A DNA stretch of 64,000 nt from Mytilus californianus (taxonomy: Eukaryota): assembly GCF_021869535.1 (NCBI RefSeq), contig NW_026262734.1:47554001-47618000 (forward strand), given 5' to 3'. The position numbers and the translations under genes are program-made. The notes beneath the pieces were generated by a model, which did no database searches, was not told the origin of the DNA, and saw only the letters and a list, made by a program, of their open reading frames with translations. Numbering within the stretch: the first letter of the stretch is position 1; every line of letters begins with the position of its first letter. Below, piece after piece: positions 50,501-62,500 of this stretch.

Positions 50501-53500
50501 TTAGCATATAAAAATACAGATTGCATATATGTAGGAACCCTCGTTTGCAGATCAATCCAAGGGGTGGTGGGGTGGAACACCCTTTTTCACGATCAAACCT
50601 ATTGAATGGTGATCCCTTTATCCTAGGTTGGTGCCCCTTTTAAGAATATCTTGATCCGCCCCTGGGTGTCGTCATTAGTGTTCAACAATCCAAACAATAA
50701 TATTAATTTTATGATTAAGAATTAGTTCAATTGAAAGCTATATGTTTTTTAATGTATAATCCAAATAAAGTTCTTGACATGTATGTTCTTCAAGACATTG
50801 TAATATGAGATTAAAATTGTATATTCAAGCATAGCAGTATTTAAATGATTTTTTGAATTCAAAAAAGATTCTAAATATTTTTTTTTCCGCTATTGGAATG
50901 TCCTAAAATATGTTTTTTTTAAATATGTTTTGAAACGACTTGTAGTGATCAATAATAGTAATCTCTTTTTTTTCATGCTATTAAAATAAACAATTTCTAT
51001 TGTTATGAATAACAATTGACTGTGCTTTCGAGATGTAGAAGCAGGGGTTTCCAGAAATCCCGCTAGTCACACCCTGTGTCAAAATCCATTCTTTTTCGTA
51101 ACAATAGAACTATTCAATTAACACTTGTTTCAGAAAAAGAAACTAGGAAGTATAAAAATAGAACTGGGGTTTACCTTTATTGCATTGAAAATTGAAATGC
51201 TTATTCTAATGTTCACGCCTATTGTGTAAAGTAATCAATGAATTTTGAACAAGTGGTTTGAAAGATTTTTTTTCCAAATATAAAGTGGAACCAAAACAAT
51301 TGCAATAGTTTTGTCATATACATTATAAATACTATCGTGGTCATATCAACCAGTGAAAAGATAAATACTGTAATTCAAAATAAACTTCAATGTTTTTTTT
51401 ACTTTTGCGGAATGGCGGCGAGATAGGTTTTGCAAAACTGCAACATAAGGTCTTGTACAATATGATTGCACCATTTTATGAAATCGCAATACTACATTTG
51501 GCATTTTTTGTCCGTGTTGTCGATAATACCTTTGAGTTTATCACGTATAATAAATTATAGTTCTATTTCGTATACAATAAATTTACCTTCAGGCTAAAAT
51601 ACATAAGTATACACTTGATATGTGTTTACCAATGATCGTTAATTACTAATTCGATACATTTGATATGGATATGTGAAATAAAGACAATTCGCAATAGTAA
51701 GCCTTTTTTTTCTTTTTTGAATTGATTTTCTTTTTATCTAGATATCTAAACGTTGTTGTATAATTCCACATTTATTAATTTGTTTATAGTGTGATGCTAA
51801 AAACTTTTTCTCCAATCTTTATAATATGTACGTGTTTAAAATTTTACACCCTAGGGCGGCTCTTAATGGCAAAATCGATTAATCCGTTCTAATCTGAAGA
51901 TCCAACGATTATTGGTTAATCTTACAAGTTATGGCTTTTTCTCTTGGAGATGGATACAAAAACTCCGACGCACGTTATAATCAAAACAAAAAAAAAAACT
52001 TTTCTGATTGATATAATTCGGACTTCTTAAGCGCCAGTGGAATATCGTTTAAATGAATATGTTGTCGTATTTATGACAAAATACAAAAAAAACCTCACCA
52101 AAGTAAACAGCTGAAAGCATTTAGAAACACTACAAGTTTCTCTTTCAAAACATCTGACATTCTTAAAATTGTTACCACAATTGCGAATGTCAGCGTATAA
52201 ATAAGGGGATCAAGTTCCTATTTTTGTTAACTTTAAAAAAGGGACAGAAATGTCGTAATGAATGATCACTGATGCACGTGCACTATTATTAACATTAAGA
52301 CTTTGATGAGCTAGTTAACACTTTTGATCAGGGTAAACAAACAAAATGAAATTCGAATCAATAGTGTTAACCATGTTTTACTATTCGCTGTGTTAATACC
52401 GTCGTGACCTCAATTATCAATGATAACAATAACTTTGTTTTTTATCTTGAATTGGAGACACTCCCCGTGAAAAATTTCAGGATCCGCACTGCTAATAAAT
52501 TGAATTTTAATTTTATTATGCTAATTTCATGTCAATCTTCGGACAATTATTATCAAACAAAGGTAATAAAATATTGCCTTCAAAACCAAAACTATTTTTT
52601 TTTCTTAAAACTAACCTTAATATCTGGAATTTTAACACTTTGCCACATTTCATTTAATGTTGAGACTGTTGAAGTTGAAAGTCTGACATAAGCTGCTCTA
52701 AATTTACTATTGTATAGACCATCACTAATACCGTATACTTCCAATGTCTTTTCGTCTTGCCAGTCACTGGCTCCAAATGTGATGCCACAAAATTGCGCTT
52801 TAAATATGATATCTTTCATAGCAATATTATTAAAACACGATTCGAAGTTTTGATTCTTTGTAGGTTGAAATACATAAAAATTTTGGTCGCAGTGAGTCAT
52901 GAGTTCTTTATGTGAAGCAATACAACCTACAGGAACTGTTGATTTGAACGAAATGGTTATGGACTCGCCTTCTATTACTGTATATTCATACTTTTCCGGC
53001 TAAATAAAGAAAGGTATTATTAACGACCAATAATATTTGTAGTTTTATGAATCACTTGAATGAAAATGACTGATATTTTCAGACAATGTACATGCATAAA
53101 CTCATATACTCCTTTCAAGAATAAGAATCTCAGTTTTGATTGAACTTAATGAAATTGTTCTATTCAGTTAGTCAAACAACTTTTTAAGATTTAAATGGTA
53201 TCCTGGAAATATGGACAACTGTAGGTATATGTTATGTTATATAGTAAACAAAACTGATAAAAATGCGTCTGGATCAATTCATATTTAGGAAATCTTGTTA
53301 ACAATTATTTCATTTTAATATATACATTTGTATTTAAGACTATCAACTGTGTAGGGTGTCAAAAGAAATACTTGTATTTGATGTATTTGAAAGAAGTGTT
53401 AATATTTAATTTGATTTTTAATAGAAAAAGATAAACATCTTCGTATGTTTTCAATTTGCAATACTGAAAATGACTGTTTTTTCCTGAAATATACTCATGA

Positions 53501-56500
53501 CAGATAACAGGATTAAAATGGTGTACGCCAGACGCGCGTTTTGTTAACAATTCTACAATAGACTAGTCAGTGACGCTCGAATTAAAACAATTTAAAAAAG
53601 CCAAATACAGTTCGAAGTTGAAGTGCATTGAGGACCCAAAGTTCTTAAAGGTTTTATTAAATACAGTAAAGGTGATCTCTAAGTTCAGGTTTCAACTGAA
53701 TATCCTCTGACAATACTTCTTTATAAAACGTACATATTTATTGTTTTCGTTGCCAAACAAGTTCCCCCTATATAATCTATATAGAACTGTTACACTGTGA
53801 TCCTAATATTGTAGTTTCAAAACTGTACATTTAAATAATATTATAAATTAAACCCTTTTGGAGAAAGTTTTAGAAAATTTTTTTCTGTATATTAGTTTTA
53901 CTGCAAATTACATTTTTTAACAAATCGTACCATGTGTGCATGTGAATGAAATATTTTAACGATGTATTTATTTCATTTTCATTGTAATAATCATCCCAGT
54001 TCATCTAATTCTGGTCAATAACAAAAATTACAAAGTGAACAATGCGTTTAAAAAAAAGGTGTATCTCTGCACGTTTTATGAAAAATAATGTTTCATTTTG
54101 CATCATAATTTTTAGCTTATGTAAACAAATCTACTAGTTACAATCATTGTAAAAACACTGAAAAAGAAAAAAACAAAGTATATGCTTTAAGTAGTCCAAT
54201 AACACGTTACTAAAATGCTGAAGACCATGTAAAAAAATACTCTAATATAAATTATAGATTGCGTACCTCATGTGTTCGGTCATTTACTGTCACATTGTAG
54301 TGTAGTTTTGACGATATACAAATTTGAGTGTTGATGAAAATTGAAAATTTGGCTTGACCTTTCTATGTCCAATTTAAACATTCTACTTGTCAAATGTTGA
54401 AGAAGTTATGTCTTTATTTTTTTTAATGAAATTGTATTTAGTTTGCTGTCTTGTTTACGTATCAAACCACTGTTCTTGTATACAAAAAATATATTTCAGA
54501 TCAGCTGGAAAACACATTGCGCAATTGTAACTCTGTAAAATGCAAGTGTAAACAACAATTGAGTTTATATACATAAAGGCAACAGTAGTATACCTCTATT
54601 CGAAATTCATAAATCGATAGAGAAAAAAAAATCCGGGTTACAAACTAAAACTGAGGGAAACACATCAAATATAAGAGGAGAACAACGACATAACGACACA
54701 CAATAAAACACAACACTAAAATGCAACACACACAGAAACGAACTATAATATAACAATCACCATTTTTTTCCGGACTTGGTACAGGACATGGAAAATGGTG
54801 GGTATACACCTCTTAAACTATTTTAACAACATATTTAAAAATATCAACTTACAAAGAGTCCAGCTTTGAACTTTTCACTGTAATAAAATGGCCCAGGCAC
54901 AGAGTTAACAAAATATCTCATTCTAACTGCACATTGAACCTACAATTGAAGCATGGTACACATTGAAAATGGCATGTGCGATAGTCTATTGACATATATA
55001 TATGACTGTTAACCATAGGTCAGGTGGAACATTCGTATGTTAAAGACAATGTGTTGCATATATTGATATAAAAACAACAATTACACAGATATACATAATG
55101 TATATAGTAGTAGAAATTAATAATCCAATAAAAATCAACATCGTCATATGAAAATAAGTAAAATCATAGTGAATTGTGACATGATATACAATGTAGGTAT
55201 ACATGTAGAATGATGTGGCCGATACATCTAAAGTTAGTATACACTACATGAAAAGAAATATATATTTACCTCCATATTCATCGTATAATTATCTATCCAG
55301 TCTGTGTGTTTAAGAAGAGTGGTGGTTACACCTTCTATTGAAATGTTGGCATACGATGTGATTTTATTCCCATTTATGTACCAGAAGATGTCGTATATAT
55401 AAGTTGCATTTGATCCTTCTTGAAACTTACATCTAAATACAGGTAATAAACTTGGTGTTGGATCGTATCCAGGGATTTGGAAGCTGGAACCTTCCAAAAG
55501 TTCTGCCTGTACAACAACAGACACCACTGTCTTTGGGTAGATCGCTACATTACAAATCAAGTTTAAACTGGATAATATCTAATAATGCAGACACATTGTC
55601 TCTCATTGTCAAATGATTAAGATTTTGTTTATTTCTAAAGAATGCAAGAAGTAATAACTATAAATATGACAATAATTTGAGAATAAAAATGGGGAATGTG
55701 TCAAAGAGACAACAACCCGAACATAGAGCAGACAACAGCTGAAGGCCACCAATGGGTCTTAAATGCAGCGAGAAACTCCCGCACCCGGAGGCGTCCTTCA
55801 GCTGATATACTAATGTATATATACTATTTTATTTCGATTAAAATTTCATTCAAAATCTCTTACCATTGGACAGTCTGTTATAATACCTCATTCCATTTTA
55901 AATATGTGTGCATATGTTTAAAGCAAATTGTACGTTTACTATGTTCTATGAAAATTATTGCTATCAAACGTCAACCAAGTAGTCATTCGATCATACCAAC
56001 AAATACAATCATTTTTATTCTATGTTTTACCTAAAACTTGGTAAATTCTTTTTTACTACAGTAATGACACAACACCTAATGCCGTTGGCATGTTTTGCGG
56101 ATTTTATTGACCTGGGAAAACATCTGTACTTACAGCTACACCCAGGATAAAAACCTGTTTCAGATGACATGCCAACTGGACAGACAACTGGACCGCTTCC
56201 TATAAATAAAACTGAGCATGAACTATTTGTTATTTATTTACAGAAATAATGACACGATTTGTATCTATACAATAAGGTGTCTTGCATGAATTGATTGACA
56301 AACCTGCCATTTTATTTTGTATTCCATTGTTTTGAATGTCTTCCAATGCGCGACCTTACAAATAAAACGGATCGTGAAATGACATCTTTCGTGCATATTC
56401 TATATAATATATTTAGTTAAAACCATTTTGAAGCTGAAAAACATTCGCAGATTTCGATACACCAACTGACAGTTATAACGAATCGGTAAATGGAAAAAGT

Positions 56501-59500
56501 AACAAAAGAACAAAAAAAAAACAATAAACAAAAATCAAACAAATCGACATATTTAATTTAGAATTAACTAACTTGAAACTAAGACCTTTTACAGTTTTAA
56601 TTTTGGCCAACCTAGCTTGTTGATCGTGCCATCAGAAAAAGAAACTCTCGGATAATATTTATATTTATAAATATGTTTTACTGAAGATGAAACACACTTC
56701 TGTTCAAGCAAAACTTATAACTTAGATACAATATACAAAGATTTCTTATTACTTCTGATCAGTTTATAATTCTTTCTGATAACATTTTACAGTTTTTACA
56801 GACAAAATTACATGTCACATAATCAACATCAAATCTTTCATACCGAAGCAAAATGACGAATTCGGTGGCGCTTCCTGGAGAGAATAAATAAAATATACTC
56901 CACAATTCTTTATTTCTATGGCAATAGACTGTTCACAAATGTCATTCTCTTTTTGAACGCATGCTTCTCCGCTAATGTTACCATCATCCACTCTAGGTAG
57001 AGTTCCTAGCATAAACAAATACTTTAAATTATTCTTTTGACCGGTTTAACATGTTTAAACAGAAAACATATATATTTTAAGTTGACATGTTATGTAATAG
57101 TTAGTTATATTGTGGTAAAATGTGTGTTCCCTAGACGTTTGAACATAATTTACTTTAGATATCATGCTTAACGTAGTGCTGAGCGTATCTTATTATTTTG
57201 CTATTTTTCTACACTTCCACCAACTATATTATCCGTAAACATTGCAGAAGATTTGTGCATTAATCATGCGGTGACCTTATGCCATTTAACCTCTGGTTCA
57301 TAGTTGTCTTAAAGGCAATCATACATCATGGTTGATGCTTCTAAGCTAGAAATGTGAATTCAGCGTTGCACGAACATATTCTTCTCCTTTTAATCTTTTT
57401 ATCAAACCAACCTGTTTGCTATACAAATTATTTTAAATATAGGATGTTTTGAAACACTATAAATATGGTGGGATAAAGCAATTTTCTGCAAACAGTTGTT
57501 TTGATGCGCATAATATGTATATGTATGCGTTACCTCTCTGTCGATAAGTCTTATTTGTTCAACTTCAAAAGGCTAAAATGATCAGTATTAGTCATTTCAA
57601 CCACTTGCTGTCAATCATTGGTCATCCATCTTCGTCCTTGTTCCGTTAATTTTGACAAAACATATTGTTACCATGTTCTTCTCAGTCAAGTGGAACAAAA
57701 TTAGTCGAAATTATTTGTAAGAAATTTATATTTTAAAATTGTGTCCGATGATTCCGCCTTCAAATAAGCATAGCTTCTGTGGCTGCTCAAAACAAAGCAT
57801 ACACGTTAAATGCAACGTATTTTGTTTATTTTGAAGAATGTTCTAGATTAAGTCAGTGCACAGGGTCAACAAACGTCTAGAACGTTAAGATTACTTTCCA
57901 TATATTTGTTGATCCACGCTATCAAATGACTCCCGCAAATCCACATCCCGACATAATAATTGTTTCACGTGTAGACATTATGACATGTGGAATAACATTT
58001 TAGATACTACATTGTATTATAACGTACCAAATAATGAATTATATGAATGTACTTTAAAACGTTATTGATTTATGACTTGTTTGACAAATACCATTGAGCC
58101 AAATAGGATAGATGGTCCCACAATGCATTATACCAGGAGGATATGATGGCATTTGATCCCCATTTGCACTGAAAATTCTGTACCATCTGTCGTCTAAATA
58201 TTCATCACTTGTAGATCGACTATTTGCCAAGTCAGTGAGATAGTCTTTTGATCTTTTTTCTTCATTTTTGATTGCTGTGTATTTCTTACAGTCTCCTTGA
58301 AAAATTCATAGGTACAATGATTTTATTTTCCTTAGACCTTTCCAATTGTACCAAGTAATTGTTTAAATAAAATTATTTTAACAAGGTATTCTATAAATTT
58401 CGAAGCATTCGACAATTTGATGAGTATTTATTATTTTCATTCAAACCATATTTGTTTTGTATTAAATATTAAAAGAATTGCTGTGATGTAAAGGTAACCG
58501 CTTAGGTGCTTTATATTATATGAATGTGTGTTATTTTTGGTTTCATAAAAATTGTTATAGTGTGATAGATTTAATAAAGGTTTTTGCCTTTATAGTAATT
58601 GATATTGTCCGTTAATCTAGTATTATCTTGATGATCAGTTTAACGTAAAATATTTCACCGAAGTGCACATACATGATATTACATACAATTACAGAGAACA
58701 CAATATTAACTATTTAATAATGACTTCCGTTCAAAATATATTTTGTTTGTAAAGAGTTTACATAAACATATATAGAAACCGTAATGAAACACTACATTGG
58801 GAACCATAAAACAAGGCATTCCTGACATAAATGCAGGAATGTCTAATTCCCTTACTATAATAAAATGCTACCCTAGCCAAAACATTAATAACGACAACAT
58901 TTGTATCCATTACAAATACAAAAATATATATTCTTAAAGTTCTATCCTAAACCAACTTTTGAGGGTTCTACCATAGGACGTATTATAAAAGTCTTAACTA
59001 AGTTAAAACTGTCCAAAATTGTTCTAGGGTAGAACCACTATCAGAAACTGTTCTTTCGAATGTCAGAAAAACTGTTATACAGACTGTCCAAGAACAAGTC
59101 TCATCACAGTTACCCGACAAACTGTCAAATTCATATTTACGGGGTTGTCAAAAGCAGAACCCATTCCTAAAAAATACATCGTTCGTGTAGATATTAAACC
59201 AAGAGTTCCAAATGGTGAAGTTGAAATCATCCCTTCGTAAAATTTACGGACTCTATCACAAGTTGGTTGACCGTTATGAATTATCCCTTTCACAGATGAT
59301 AGCGGATATGTTACTACAATCCCGTCGCCTTTCACGAATATGACCAACCGAATTAGACTTATTACCGGGTTTGTACCAACATTAAAAATACGACGGGTGC
59401 CACATGTGAAGCTGGATCCGCTTACCCTTCCGGAGCACCTGAGATCACCCCCAGTTTTTGGTGAGTAGTCTTTATTTTTTTGTGTTGTGTTTTGTATACT

Positions 59501-62500
59501 ATTGTTTGTCTGTTTGTCTTTTTTTAGCCATGGCGTTGTCAGTTTATTTTCGATTTATGAGCTTGTATGTCACTCTGGTATCTTTCGCCCCTCTTTTACA
59601 TTCCGTCCAAATAAAAATAAATATAAAATCCCTGTAAAAGGTTTTAGGGAAATAACGACGATTACATTTCTTAAGTAGTAAACTGGCGTTTAGTTATTCT
59701 AACCACACTTGAACGGTTATACATGTATACAACTTACCCGTCTTTTCATAAATTTTAAATGCATATATAGTATCATCCAAGTACCACCAAATTGCTTGAG
59801 AATTGTTTTTGGTGGCTCGATACATTAAATAATTGTCCGAATAGAAAATAACGTCACCAGAAAGTTCTATTCTATTTTGCCCACTCCAAAACCGATATTC
59901 TATTGGTATCGTCCTCAAATCATTACCGTCATAAGTTGTAGATCCAACTGTATGGGAAGAACTGAAATATATTCTTTGGTCTTGGTTATCTGCAAAATTG
60001 GAATTGAAAACGGAATCGGGGAATGTTTAAATGAGACAAAAACCCGAACAAATATTAAATTAACCAAAATAAAGAAAAAAAAAAAAATAATCGTCTTGCC
60101 TTGGGACAATTGCAAAAATGCAAAAGAGTTAATATAAGTAAGAATTTGTGGTATGAGTGCCAATGGGACAACTATCCATCCAAGTCACAATATGTAAAAA
60201 GTAAACAATAATAGGTCAAAGTACGGCCTTCAACACAGAGCCTTGGATCAGACCGAACAGCAAGCTATTTAACATGTTTTGGAGATATTAACACTCCCTA
60301 TATACCTATATCAAATGTGGAATAAATAAACACACACCAATAAGCACCGTAAAATTCAGTTAAACAGAAGTAAAAGAAAGAACTGTAAAACATCACCAAG
60401 ATTATATAACGTGAAAAAATTCAAACAGTTTTGGAAAATATTTGAAATCTTTAACTTGTAGAAAAGGATAACATGCTTCTGATAACTGTGTTAATAATAA
60501 TTCATTAATGCCTTAAGAAGAAACATTACACACTTATCGCCTTTTCTTTATGCTTGTCAATGCGTCCTTGTTGTTTTGATTTTATATTCATATATGGTAC
60601 CGTGTTAGACTAACATTTTATTCGAACGCATTCGTTCTTATTAGGAAGAATCAATTGTGTTTTTTAAATATAAATCTTACTGTTCGTTGGTTGATACCGA
60701 TTGTGTTATCATTTGACTTACCAATAGCAATATCATATATCCACCAACTTGAAAAAAATAATTGTAGGTCAGATCCATCTACCATGCATCTAAAAATTGA
60801 TCCGTTCAAGGCATTAATGAAGTAGATCCATCTGAAAGGTGAACAGGAATGCAAACTTCAAAATTTAATTACAATACGTTTCTTTCCATGTGTCAAATAT
60901 TCCTTATATATCTGGTTGTGGTAGAATATTTTTCGACATTTGAGATGCACCAGCACTTTATTATTCATAAAAATCAAAACTTGATTTACCTGAACAACTT
61001 GTGGATAAAATAAATTGTATTCGTTAAAAATCTTTTCAAATCATAATCACGTAGCATTCTTTTAATATTATTGCAAATATACATACAAAGAAATATCTGC
61101 TGATCAATATTTTGAATCATTAAGATTATATGTGTTTGATAAATCTACAACATGTACAATGCTATATGCGAATGACATTTCATATCTCCTGCTCTCGTGA
61201 TTGGGTTGATTGGTTTGATTGTTTGGTTTGTTTCATTATTTCTTCTCTCTGGAATTGATAAGGGAGAGCAAAGCAAATCATTGTATGTCCCTTTGTATGC
61301 ATAAATACTTTATAGCAGCTTTCCGTAAGGATATTTTTCATTGAAAATCAATATATTGACTATGGAGTACTACAATTACTACGCATTTTTAGGTTCCTTT
61401 AAATATATGCATTTTGCACGAAAACACTAGGTCATCGTACGGACGTCAACTACGAGGAAAACATATACCGCAGCATAATCTATAAAAGGCCTCGAAATTA
61501 AAAAAAGAAAGATTTATGTACAAAAAATAAACGAAAAACAAAAATAATATACAGCAACAGCCGCGACCACTGAATTACAGACTCCTGACTAGGGACAGGT
61601 ACGTACACCCTGAATGTGGTGAGTCTAGGCATATTTGTTGTCGCCGATCCCTCTCTGTAACCCAGGACAGCATGTTACAGAACACCATAATGTTTTAGCT
61701 ATACAAAACATACACATATACAACTATCCATTGACTAATTGATGTGGATTTGAACACTTAAAGGTAATCCTGCGACGTTCAAATATTAGCCAAAAAGACA
61801 CCGTATAGTACTCATAAGTACGCTTGGGACCAACAATATAGAACGTAAAAAGAATTAAACTTTTGTTTAAACAATAATGTATATTTTCAATCCAGGAAAT
61901 GCTTATGATATATACAGTAACTATATATATTTTATGTGTTTATCTATTTATGAGATTATTGAATAATTGACAAAAATGAGCGATGATTTATTTTCATTTT
62001 AATAAAAGTTGCAGACAAATACGACTTAATAATTCTAACGTAGGTGTTGGTTCTTTTTTTACATGTCTGAATTTTCAAAACAATAAAAACATTGTAAAAA
62101 TTTATAAATTTACAATATAAATGAATAGAATATCGTAAGATGGACATACATAACAAATACAAATAGTCAATAAGTGATCAGTATCAGAATTTTAGATATA
62201 GAGTATGTGAGTATAAATGTTAAATTTACCCATTTATTAAATCTACTTCTAAAATTCCTAGAGAACCATAACTACTGAAATCAAGTATAGGCGTTATGTC
62301 TGATCCGTCAAGATTTGATCTTATTATTTTGCCATCGCTTGAGTTTGACCAGTATAAATAATCGTTGAGATAATCAACTGTGATACTGGACACTACATGT
62401 CCTGAATTTTGTTGAACAATTACTTCCATAATATAATCATCAGATGGAAAATGGAACCTACATGCAAAAGAAAATATCGTATACTATTTTTTATTATTGA

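Noticed and set aside
59075-59347. Minus-strand 90-aa ORF as an extra exon of the gene
   Set aside because: The opposite strand encodes the Penelope RT terminus, and exons 4 and 5 already join in phase without it
59952-59965. Alternative acceptors for exon 4 (ttcag, tacag inside the exon)
   Set aside because: One gives the wrong phase; the other drops the DNQDQRIYF strand needed to complete the propeller blade, so the upstream ttttgcag at 59990 is preferred
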